DNA from: Catajapyx aquilonaris
Taxonomy: Eukaryota
DNA: 64,000 bases
Assembly (NCBI GenBank): GCA_000934665.2
Contig: JYFJ02001557.1
Span: 1-64,000 of the forward strand
Direction of reading: 5' to 3'
The notes under the pieces were generated by a model that saw only the letters and a list, made by a program, of their open reading frames with translations, made no database searches and was not told the origin of the DNA. Shown piece by piece: positions 1 to 10,759 of the stretch (position 1 is the stretch's first letter; each line of letters opens with the position of its first letter). The translations under genes were made by a program, and so were the position numbers.

Positions 1-2033
1 CGAAAGGTGTGGAGTAGGAGAATGCGCCCTTGCTGACGTATGGTGAGAAAAGGCACTGAGATGGGATTAAGAGTAGATCCAGATCGTGAGCAGATGGGAG
101 GAGGGAGCGCCGGAGAGCGGCTATTGTTCTCCGCCGGATTAATGAGGAGCAGATGGACAAGGTGGCACGTGCAAAAGTCGACTTTTTGCCAAGTCCCAAA
201 CGGCTGGGAATTTTGAGATTATGAGGATTTTTGGCATCGCTAAACCGGGGGCAAGAAATCCAATGGAATTTCGACCAGAGCTCTACGACCTCGGGAAGTG
301 CGAAATCTTTTCCATCCTCCTATATCCTCCTCGGATTGGGGCTTCGTATATTAGATTTTTCATCCTCCTCCTCGTCGGATTGGGGCTTTATATATATTAG
401 ATTTCAAAATATGAGAGAATATTGCATTGTCCCTTATACAAGTAGCCTACTTGTGTAATAATTTTTCACGCATTTTCTATGGGTATATTTTTATAATTAA
501 TATCGCCATAGCAAAAACCTGTCTTGGACAATAAAAGGACAATATTGCAGAATACTCAATTTTATCGTTCTTCAAAGCAGATTTTTACCATATGCATATT
601 GTGAAAATGTATCTTATGGTAACAAAAAAAATACACAAATGCATGCCACTTTATAGCCTTCCTTTACTGCAAATTGGACTCTTCTAAATGGCAGGGTGCA
701 ATTTCCGCTGGTTGAGGCACGGAATTTTCCGTTTTCAAAAAAGCAAAACGGAACAGCATTGCTGCCAAAGGTGTCCATATATCCTTTACTCTCCATGTCT
801 CGTCCTATATCTGAAAACCTTTTTTTTCCCTCCACATTTCCTGAGCCAATATGTCGTGTCCGGCATAAGGACGCGTGATTTTCCGCAACGCTTTGCACAC
901 GACACCAGGCATAACAAAAACAGCTTGTGATAAAAGACGAGACATCATGCGGAGAAACGCAGACCCTACAGGGTGTGTCAGCACGAGTTGTTGACTCTCC
1001 TTATCTATGGACCCAACCAATATCCGGACTATGTTCAATTTATATAGATCCTATAGTACCTACTTGATGTCAACAGGAACTGACCGAGGACAATTTGAGT
1101 ACTCTTTATGTATGCATGTGGCGAGAAAATTTCACACGTGGTGTACCGAAGAAAGCTGCTTTTTGTGTATATGCGTGTGCCTCTCTGGAATTCGGAAACC
1201 GTGCTAAGCTCATGAAAATTCCACCGCCCAGGTTTTAATCTCTTCCTATGCCATACCAGGAATTTGGCCCGTACTAAATAAAGCGTATCTTCGCATGCAG
1301 GTAAGCCAACAGGGTGACTCGACATCTTTTTTGTTCCCTGCGTGGTTAGAAGGCCCCCCTTTTGTTTTTCAGGCATTTGGTTCGAAATGAGATACCAGAA
1401 GATGGCGTTTCCGCATAATGAAGCGCTTTCATCAAGCGAAACGTTCCTGCAGAAGTGAAAACTAATAAGAGCGTGAAGAGGAAAGAGCCGTGTACGTTTG
1501 TACGCTCAACTGGAAGGACCGCTGTCGAGGAAATGTCACCGACACTCCTACCACCCCTTAATACGTAGGGTTTGGCGGGATTATTTTGCACCGCTGCGCT
1601 GAATACGATCAATGTTTCTAGGCTAGCTTTTGTGGGTAATTAACAAACAAGCCTTGCTCTTTGTTACTAGCTCTAGGCGATCAACAAAATATGATTGATC
1701 ATACCCGCATGGCCTGGCCAAACGCGTGCGTACTTGTTCTGAACCCAATCCCACGATTGGATACGCATTGCTTACTGCAACAATAATGGGCTTAATGGTG
1801 GAAAGTGATAATATGATCTTCAAATTGTGTCAAATGTGATAAATGACAGTTGGACAGTGTTGGACATTAATCGCGTCATACTTCTAGCGACATTTTCCCG
1901 ATGTGGCAGACATGCGAATCGAAGTGATGGAGTGCGAGCCGTGCGAGAAAGAAATGGTAGGCCTTGGGTGACGTCACTGGCTGGCGACAAGCCTTTTATC
2001 CATTACCCCCCAGCCAGTGACGTCACCCAAGGC

Positions 2034-2269
2034 TAGGGCTGTGCGATATTTCGATACATCGACTGTCGATGCGATATTTTCCTAATATCGAAGTTGCGAT
2101 ATCCGATGACGCTTGGCATGAGCGATGTATCGAATATCGCGATGTCGGTTTGCGATATTTTGCGATATTTTGCGATGTCGGTTTTTCGATTTTCTATATA
2201 TTGACTTAGATTCGATATTTTTTTTAGTATCGAAAGACTATATTCAATTTCGTATATCGCACAGCCCTA
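2034..2269. mobile_element. hAT-type MITE, family A copy 1
   Basis: TIR TAGGGCTGTGCGATA...TATCGCACAGCCCTA; perfect 8-bp TSD CCCAAGGC (2026-2033, 2270-2277); internal ATCG-rich repeats. Confidence 0.9.
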
Positions 2270-2313
2270 CCCAAGGCCTACCTCTTCTGATTCGCACGGC
2301 TCACACTCTATCA

Positions 2314-2553
2314 CAGTGCAGTGCAGTGGTTCGCAACCTTTTTCGGGTCGCGACCCCCTTTTATGACAGTCAATAAGTAACCTGCGAACCCCCCCCCCCC
2401 CTTCTGAGTATTAGTAGGTGTTGAAAAAAAACCTTCGAGGTGAAATTTCCTATAACGAATTTTAAATTAGTAATTTTTTAATTTATATAAATTACCGCGG
2501 CCTGACGCGACCCCTCGGAAAAGGCTTCGCGAGCCCCAGGTTGGGAACCATTG
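2314..2553. mobile_element. hAT (Charlie-like) MITE
   Basis: TIR CAGTGGTTCGCAACC...GGTTGGGAACCATTG; 8-bp TSD CTCTATCA/CTCTGTCA; terminal CAGTG present three times on the left. Confidence 0.8.
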
Positions 2554-2642
2554 CTCTGTCACTTCGATTTGCACGTCTACCGCATCGAAAAATGTCGCTA
2601 GCAGTACGACGCGATTATAATGTCCAACACTGAACACAAGAC

Positions 2643-2875
2643 TAGGGCTGTGCGATATCCGAAATTACATATCGACTTTCGATACTTAAAAATATCGAAT
2701 CGAAGTCGATATATCGAAAATCGAAAAACCGACATCGAAAAATATCGAAAACCGACATCGAACCGACATCGAAAAATCGCGATATTCGATACATCGAACA
2801 TGCCAAGCGTCGGATGTCGCATATTAGGAAATTATCGTATCGACAGTCGATGTATCGAAATATCGCACAGCCCCA
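2643..2875. mobile_element. hAT-type MITE, family A copy 2 (inverted relative to copy 1)
   Basis: Same TIRs as 2034-2269; perfect 8-bp TSD CACAAGAC (2635-2642, 2876-2883). Confidence 0.9.
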
Positions 2876-2883
2876 CACAAGAC

Positions 2884-3021
2884 TGAACACCTCCTTATGT
2901 TGGACACTAACGGTTCTAAGAAAAATGTCCAACATATTAGGGTGTCCAACTGTACATTTAGTACAAAACTCCATCATATGTCCAACATATAGAGGTGTCC
3001 AACATGACAGGTTTCACTGTA
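2884..3021. mobile_element. Tc1/mariner-pogo-like MITE fragment
   Basis: Ends GGTTTCACTG followed by TA; repeated TGTCCAACA/TGTTGGACA subterminal motifs. Confidence 0.55.
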
Positions 3022-4359
3022 TTTGACCCATTGTTGCAATTCATGAACTCTCATAGCAAGGGCTGGTCTGGTCTGTGTGAGATGACTGGAAACAAGAGAA
3101 ATAAAAGGGTTAGAGAGAAAAGCTGTACTTGATTCCACGAGGAAAAACCGCGCAATTTGTGCTCTGTCGAGTAGTCACGTCACGGCCATTTTCTAACTTA
3201 GAAAGGGGGGCGGTCAACTGACGGAGTGGTCACTCCCACGAATGGACACGAGTGAAACCCTCGCATTTATTTTCCTGTCCAGATTTAATTTTGGGGGTAA
3301 AGTCTCCCCCATTTTTTAACCTTTCAACCCATCCATTCGAAAATGAGGGTACTTGTGGGTTAAATTAAGTTTCCTCAGCCCTCCATTTTTAGCAGGGGAC
3401 TAAAATACACAGTCCTCACCTTTAACCTTATTCCTTTCCGCTTTTTGATCAAATGCACGTCGTAAGGACAACTTAATTTTGAGCAGCAGAGCCCTAAAAT
3501 TGATGTACCAAACGTGGTTAGAGCTACAGGATGTTACTGGAGTGGAAGCCTTTTTGGGGGGTCGTACAAAATTACTCTAAACTATATATGCGGCGCTAGA
3601 ATCATTATGGTGTAAGTCACATATGATTTTTTATTAATAAATCAGTTTTTTTTTGTTACAGTAGCAAATACATCTAAAAAAAAGAGACTGCCCTGTAATT
3701 CAGTATTGCCAATCTGACATAATATGGATCCAGACATGATTTCCCTTTTTTTCTATGACCTTTCAAACTTGCAGGCGAATTATCCCAACTTGACCTTCTT
3801 GGACTTGGGCCACTTTTGTTCTAAGCGCCTCATATCAATAGCAGTAAAATGAGGTGTGTTCATTAGACTAAAGTCTACATGGCAGTAGCTAGTATACGCC
3901 TACAGGTGTTAGACGACTGAAAGCTGGATCGATCGTTACAGTCATTGCCTCCGGTTCTGTGGATTCGAATGTCTTGAGACTTGATCCTCCGGATCAGCGA
4001 AGAAGAACAGCAGCTTTTGGTGAGTACAATAAGCTACATATTTTATTCACGGGCTTCCGAGTGGTTCATTTGCAGTGGCTTTTCTGGGTCCTGAATGGAG
4101 ACAACTCTTGCAGGTTTCCGACAAAAGGGCCAAGTCAAGGCAATAGAGTGGAAAAGACGTGAGTGGTCACATTTTTGCCAGGAAGGGAAATGTTGGAATC
4201 AATGTTAACTTTTTTCATCTGTTTTTTTTTTTAAATTCAAATTCTTGGTAATGTAGGAGAAAGAAAATGTGCACCTGTTGATCGAAATTATTTTGAGCAG
4301 TTATTAACTCCGTCAGTAGCACCCAATCCGTTGCGATAGTTTTTCATTTATTTAATTAA

Positions 4360-4678
4360 CTAGCTGCGGCACCCGGCGTTGCCCGTGAAGAAATGAATGA
4401 AGGGAAAACACCTGCCAGTATCCCCGTCAACTGTCTGTCTTTCTGTGTGTCCGGCCACCAATGCCGTCTGTGGTCCTGCTACTCTAACACCTTCAACCTC
4501 TCCCGCCTGTATAACGGCAACCGTCATTTGCCTGCCATCTGTAGTCAACCCCCAACACCTGCATCCTCTCCCGACCCGGGGGTGGAGCACAGATGGGAGG
4601 CAAATGACGGCTGGCAGGTGGACAGACAGACAGAGAGGCAGACAGACAGACTCACAAACGGCTTTATTTATATATAGA
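4360..4678 (-). mobile_element. Non-autonomous Helitron
   Basis: Minus strand reads A|TCTATATA..., then a (CTGT)n microsatellite, a GC-rich subterminal hairpin region (cgggcaacgccggg) and CTAG|T. These are the canonical TC...CTRR ends, inserted in AT with no TSD. Confidence 0.8.
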
Positions 4679-6322
4679 TTAAAAATAAGTTTTCCTTTGA
4701 TATGGTCACATCCATTGGGTCAATTGATAATATATTGCACCAAAAAATTGGACGGTGTTTCACAAACGTGGCTAGAAGTCAAAATGACATTTGATCGATC
4801 CTACATTATTGTTTTTAAAAAAATTAGCAAGATGTATGTGCACAGTATGTAAAATGGCGCAGACACCTTCTAATGCAAAACGTAATGCACAACCCGACTT
4901 AGGGCCAGTTTCACCGAGCTCGGTATATGATAAAACCAGGTTTCTTTTTAAAAACCCATACAATTTTGTATGGATTTTCAGAGAGAAACCTGGTTTTATC
5001 ATATACTGAGCGCGGTGAAACTGGCCCTTAACCACTGGAATGGTACGGCACGCAAGTAACATTTACTAGCTCCAGGTATATGCCTTCCGTTTCGTCTCTT
5101 CATGCCAGAATAAATTTTAGGAAGAAAGATAAGACCTGGAAGCATAGGACAGTACTTATCATGCGCCAAGTCCCGGAAGTGATTCTGAGAAAGGACGAAA
5201 AAAAAAAACACTTTTTCCGGTAGGGCGTATGCTCACAACGCAAGACCTCATTTTCAGAGCCCATTTTCTGGCACAAGGAAGCAGCTTTTGCACCTCGGTG
5301 CGGAGCGAATCCTAATCATACTCATATTTTAAAACAGGACTTGGCAGCTTATGCCTTTAGGCGTGTCAGCACTAGTTATATAGTCACATTTTCCTAAATG
5401 TATGTAAGTATAAAAGAGGGAAACCTTTTAGGGACCAATCTACAGAGTTCATAGTTCATAGTTGTGCATCAGACAAATACCATGTCCCCTTTATTTACGT
5501 TCTGGGTACTCATCCACATTGACACTTGTCACACTGAAAATGTTATGTTGATATGGCTATGCAATCCAGAGGGCAGCACGCACCGACGTTGAGCCCACTG
5601 AACACCTAACAAAACATAGGTAGTTGTTTACTTTTTGTTCAAACTGATATGACACTCCATATGGTTATTATCGGAGTGACCAATCAAAACGCGTAATACA
5701 GCTAGTCAATTAACTTGTGAGATTTCGAATGATAAATGTAGTTTATGAATTAGCACAATATCTAATAAAATATGATATTATTAATTATCATAATTTGGGG
5801 GTGATTTCGAGCTCGGATGTTAGGCAACTTTGTTACCACCATAGGCGATAGAACCTGTCCTCATACATCCACCGGAAGAGCAGGCAGCGTTTGAAAACAC
5901 CTCCTGACATCCGTCTATTAGCACACTCGTTGAGCAGCTTTCCAAGTAGGCTAGAGCTATATCCGAGAGCAACTAATGCTGTAGAATCACTCTCACCTCT
6001 GTCCAAAATGCAATCGACAGCTGACTGCCGGAGTTGCCGGATGAAAGAACGTGATTGGTATCACTTACACCCGTTCGGATGACTACTCCTGGATTGGAGG
6101 CTTCCAACCTGCCTCCTAAGGTAGTGACGATCTCACCGGTGCACCAAGCACGTTCTAGTAATAATTTATCACCCTAGTAATAGGGCCACGGACCCTCTTA
6201 GGGAAATTGTTCTTATCATCATCACCTTTTTTGCCCTACTCGAGAGCGAGGAAAGCCGCTCACACCCGCCATCTTGGAGACGAGCATACATCATTTACAG
6301 TCCTATAAGACATAAAACGATC

Positions 6323-6657
6323 TGACGTCACACCAGTCGTGTTTCTGAGCATGCGCAGTGTATGCTTGCATACCGATTCGAGGACATGATAGGAGGGAAG
6401 AGCCGGGTGGAGGCGGGTTGCACGTGACGTCAGATTTGGTTTATTGCAAAGGAGCCAGAGCAACTATGGTTATCTGGCTATTAGAAGACACACAGGTGGA
6501 GACAGAAACGGACAGGAAAGCCCTCATATCCCAAATACCTGTCCGACTTGGGTGGCCCTGCCAGTAGACGAAGCTACCGCCAGCATAGCTCTTGGGGTCA
6601 TGGGTGAAACGCAAGCTCCACCACCACAAGGTGGAGATACGTTGGGGGGTGACGTCA
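6323..6657 (-). mobile_element. Probable solo LTR
   Basis: TG...CA ends with inverted termini TGACGTCAC/GTGACGTCA; near 4-bp TSD GATC/GGTC; AATAAA on the minus strand at about 6440. Confidence 0.5.
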
Positions 6658-6714
6658 GGTCATTCTTTGGTTTAACGGACTGTCCCAGGTAGCATATTGA
6701 TATCTATAGGACAA

Positions 6715-7009
6715 GCGAAGCAGGTTGGTGTAGTGGATATGGAGTCCGCCTGCTAATCGGGAGGTCCTGGGTTCGAATCCCGGGGCCGGCGACCCTGACC
6801 GTGGTTTTCTGTGGTTTTCCACGGTCCTCCCAGGATAATTCCGGGGTCGTTTCCGTAAAAACAGGCCACAGCCGCTTCCTTCCGTCCCTATCCTATCCCA
6901 AAAAGCAAATAAATTGAAAGCAAAGAGTTCCACTCATAATAAAATCCCCCCCCCCCCAAAAGAGCCGCCGGCTGATAACGGGGTATGAATTATATTATAT
7001 TATATTATT
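6715..7009 (+). mobile_element. tRNA-derived SINE, family 1 (short form)
   Basis: A box TGGTGTAGTGG, B box GGTTCGAATCC, (TTATA)n tail, 15-bp TSD ATATCTATAGGACAA (6700-6714, 7010-7024). Homologous to 12634-13080. Confidence 0.9.
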
Positions 7010-7026
7010 ATATCTATAGGACAACC

Positions 7027-7147
7027 CAAGGGGGTACTCACTTCGGTACTCCGGTGTAAACCTGCAGTGGTACTCTTTGGTACTCTTCGCTACTCCTTGA
7101 ATTTGGTACTCCGGTGTACACTTTACAGTCGAGTGAGTACCCCCTCG
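7027..7147. mobile_element. MITE family B (GGAGTAC repeats), copy 1
   Basis: TIR CAAGGGGGTACTCACT; 8-bp TSD GGACAACC/GGACATCC. Homologous to 10482-10759 and 58019-58154. Confidence 0.8.
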
Positions 7148-8159
7148 GGACATCCCCTGCAAGTCAGACCGGTCAGACTCAACATCCGGGGGACATCCGT
7201 GATCATCCAGATTACGTCCCATGGATATCTAATGGATACCAATATGTCACAGTTTTGGGATGTCCATAAGATGCCTGAATCTGATATCTGGGAGACATCC
7301 AGGCTGGATGTCTCCCTGATATCGGAACGTAGTCGCCGTTATGTTTAAGTTAGCATTTTTCCTTGCTATATCACGTGGTAAACTCCCATTTAGTCACCAT
7401 ATTGATCCAGAAAGCCCGGATTTTCTGGCTTTACTATAGCATGTAAGCAAGTGCAAGCGACTCAACTAATACGTAGTGTTTCTACCGAGGCCTTATAACC
7501 TGGCAGAGATTCTCGCAGGAAAATGATGTGCGTTTAATGAGAGCTCCCGAAGTTGAGCTCATTTCCTGGAAGCCAGCTGAAAGGGAAACAAGAGCAGAAG
7601 CATCCCCCAAAGAGCTGTTACACCTCGCCTTGCACACGGCTATTCATTCGATCCAGAGGCATTTCTTGCCTCCCAGACACTGCCTTATATCACTTTTACG
7701 AGCCAGACGGTACTCAGATTATGCCTACTTGCTTGGTGTATCTGGAACCAAGGACATACCATAAGCAAATCAGGACCTTTTCCGGGCCGCCGATAGGACG
7801 TGTTATTGGATCCAGGGAAAAGGATCCGTCAAAATTAGCGCCATCAGACGGGTTGTGGGTGGACGTGCGTCATTCCCGGGAGGGTTCTATATCCGGTTTC
7901 AGTGGGCCTAATGTGCCTGTGCCTTGCAGTGGTAATTGAGTTGGCTGAAACTGCGCATCTGGGGTCCCGTATTTTGTGTACTGAAGTCTACGGATTAGGT
8001 AATGGTGCTCAGGTGAAATCGCGTATTTTGAACAATACTTCCGGGAACTGTGACAATTAGTGAGATATGAAAAAGTGAAACTCGGTGTGTCCTACCGGCA
8101 CACTGGTATTGCGAAACCAGCATTCAAAATTCGGAATTTTGCAATTTTATTAGGAACCA

Positions 8160-8457
8160 TTTATTTTATTATTTATTTATTTATTTTGAATACCCCGTGA
8201 TAGGGCCCGATGCCCTCTTAGGGGGGAAGGGGAGGTTCCCAAGGGAGGGCGCTGTGCGATAGTCATTTCAGACATTCTTTAAACACCATGCCTTTTCTCC
8301 TGGCCCTGGGCAGAGTAGGGAGTGCAATTCTGCCCCGGCATGTCGGGTGAAAAGCGGAAAAAAGACCCGGCCAAGCAGAGGTGACGGGGACGGGATTTGA
8401 ACCCCGCCCTCCCGCTTGGCTGGCCAGTGGTGTAACCACTAGACCACCATGCTTCCC
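8160..8457 (-). mobile_element. tRNA-derived SINE, family 2 (head resembles tRNA-Gly GCC)
   Basis: Minus strand GCATGGTGGTCTAGTGG...GCC AA GCGGGAGG...GGTTCAAATCC, ending TATCACGGGGTA plus an (AAAT)n tail. No clear TSD. Confidence 0.8.
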
Positions 8458-9834
8458 TATCCTCCTGTCGCCCCGCGTATAGCCCTCTAGCCATTGGGTT
8501 TTAAAATTATTGTAAATTTAAAAAAAAATTAAAAAATGTACAAAATTTAAAAAATTTTAAACAAATTCTGGGCTTTAGGAGGCTATATTAGGAACAATTT
8601 CAACTACCGGCATCTATAATATTAAAATCCTTCGTTACACGACCAAGGCCTTTTGTTGGCCCCAGTAGCATCATCATATTGTTGTTATCGCGACGCTCCC
8701 CATTGGTCTCCGTTCCACCCATGCGCAATGGGGTAGCGGCAGCGCCTCTGGTGGGTGGGAGGGGAACTATCCATTCGTTCTCTGTCGGCCGAAGGGTTCA
8801 CTTCGCTCTCTCCCCACCCCAACACCCACTGGCCAAGTCCGAAGCGATTAACAATATGGCCTTCACCACCACAGGCCGCAGGCCTAGAAACTAGCGAGCG
8901 AAGCGATGGTTTTTCTCATATTAATTTTTTAAAGCTACTGCGTTGATTCTAGCGAGAATTGCCCCATCCAATTAAAGATCAATTGGGGGCCATCAGATCG
9001 CGTTTATTATTACAAATTGTATCAAGCAAATTATAGAGCAAAATATGCGTGGTTGATTTAGGTGATTAGTAATTCTAATCTACACTTGAGTGAGCGCCAA
9101 TAGCCTCCCGTCCCCTGTACAGTGCATTGATTTCCTGAGAGCAGATAACCGAGTGCTGGATAGGGTGCGACTATTCGAGGTTGGGCCAGACAAAGCGATA
9201 CGATAGCCCTCAATCTGATTGGCATCAGCCCCGAATACTGTGGCCTGCGGCTGCCAACCAGATTCCGTATAATCCGGGAAGAGATGTATATATACGTGGC
9301 GTCTACACTGTTCCCAGTTTGAGGGAACCGCGAGAGGAACAACCCAGGCCCAAGCAAGGTTAAATCATGCAGGCCCCCCAAAAGGCCTTAATGCCTCAAC
9401 CCTTTCAAAGTCACGTGCCCGGAATAATTGGCTTTTCAAGAGCACTCCGGGTGCTGATGGTCACCTTCAGTTCCTATCCTCCATTAAGAGAGCTTATATG
9501 GACAGGGATTTTCAAGGGTGTTATTGCACTCAGAATGTACCAGTCTGTGCGCGAACACCGGCGAACACTGTTCGTTTTCCATAAAGCTGCAGTATTGGTC
9601 CCAAAGGCTGCAGAAATTTGGCTTTCGCGTCACGAAATGCGATTTCGATCGGTGGCCAAACTCTAAATCTTGTCAAGCTTAGCCTCTCGCCAAGGAGATA
9701 ATGAGTGCCAAGCGCAGTTGGTGGCTGCCAAGATCATCTTTGTATTGTCGAGTGCAACATTGCGATTGGATCAAGACATGATGAGAAGCAAGCAAGAAAC
9801 TCTGGGGGTCTGCATTGCAGAGATATCCTGACGG

Positions 9835-10104
9835 ATGGTGCAATGCGCGTCGACCATGCCAGATGGGTTGCCTATCTGGCAGGAAAGAGTAGGACCGGAA
9901 TTGGTGGTATCACGCGATATCCGGAGGGTCAAGGTTAAGGGTGAAAATCCATTTCGGCACCTGACGATGCTGTTGGATGCAGTGCAGTGCGCACCGTGTT
10001 ATTCGATGTATGATGTGCTGAAAGTGTTCATGAACGGTCTGGTTGTAAAGGAAAAAAATCGGTACAATTCCCTGATGGTTTTCCCGGAGATTTTACGATA
10101 TTGA
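9835..10104 (+). pseudogene. Decayed DNA-transposase fragment (resembles the hAT C-terminal dimerisation region)
   Basis: GENPFRHLTMLLDAVQCAPCYSMYDVLKVFMNGLVVKEKNRYNSL resembles the NPF..L......P.S.A.VER.FS....K...RN.L pattern, recalled from memory and degenerate here. Confidence 0.4.
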
Positions 10105-10481
10105 CTCATTTATAGCGAAAGACGCTCGTTTTCACGGCGGAGCTTGATAACTCTGGCGGAGTAATGGCAGCCATTGGGTGTTTAATTAAACGCAAGGGCG
10201 GTTTCAGTTGTAAACAATACGCAAATGCAGGCCCTTAACTACATCATAATTTTTGGGCCGTTGGCAGAGCAGTTTATATGACTAGGAGGTTGCTGGGGGC
10301 GATAAAAAAAATCCAATATCATCGAGGCAGGTCTCATCCTTTCTCCATTATCCGAAAACATCTGGTGGAGGCTATGGTCTGAATCGGGATTTGCCAGTTT
10401 TTTTTTTTGTGGTTATACTTACTAACTGCAGATATTTTCATATCGGGCCAAGAAATGAGTTTAATTAGTCTGAGAAAAGAC

Positions 10482-10759
10482 CAAGGGGTTAACCACTCGA
10501 CTGTAAACCAAAATTCAAGGAGTACCTAAGGAGTATCTGGGAGTACCTATAAGAAGTATCTGGGAGTACTACTGCAGGTGTACTGTCGGGTTCAAATACA
10601 TTTGGCCACTTTATCCTGGTTTTGAAGCAACCCTTCGTACAGACCCCACGTTAAGGAGGTGTGTGTGTGTGTGAAGGGTTGCTTCAAGACCAGGATAAAA
10701 GTGGCCAAAAGTATTTGAACCCAATAGTACACCGGAGTACCGAAGTGGTTAACCACTTG
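10482..10759. mobile_element. MITE family B, copy 2 (interrupted)
   Basis: TIR CAAGGGGTTAACCACT...AGTGGTTAACCACTTG; perfect 8-bp TSD GAAAAGAC. Confidence 0.85.
10583..10727. mobile_element. Tc1/mariner-type MITE family C with internal (GT)n, copy 1
   Basis: Inverted arms of about 55 bp (tttggccacttt...ttgaagcaaccc); TA duplication at 10581-82 and 10728-29. Removing it restores the host MITE sequence. Confidence 0.85.

Larger units (their letters stand above)
1855..2632. mobile_element. Long palindromic MITE (host of nested insertions)
   Basis: Termini CAGTGTTGGACATTA...TAATGTCCAACACTG. The arms pair along their length, including ccttgggtgacgtcactggctgg/ccagccagtgacgtcacccaagg, once two insertions are removed. 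No TSD seen. Confidence 0.75.

Noticed and set aside
2125..3026. Several ORFs rich in R/Y/I/D/F
   Set aside because: They are translations of the ATCG-repeat MITEs.
6720..6792. Genuine tRNA genes here and at about 8385-8455 and 13005-13075
   Set aside because: The A/B boxes run into SINE bodies with tails and, in two cases, TSDs; the cloverleaf stems do not pair properly.
10500..10575. Short GGAGTAC repeats as a CRISPR-like array
   Set aside because: Eukaryotic DNA, repeats too short and irregular, and they lie inside a TSD-flanked MITE.
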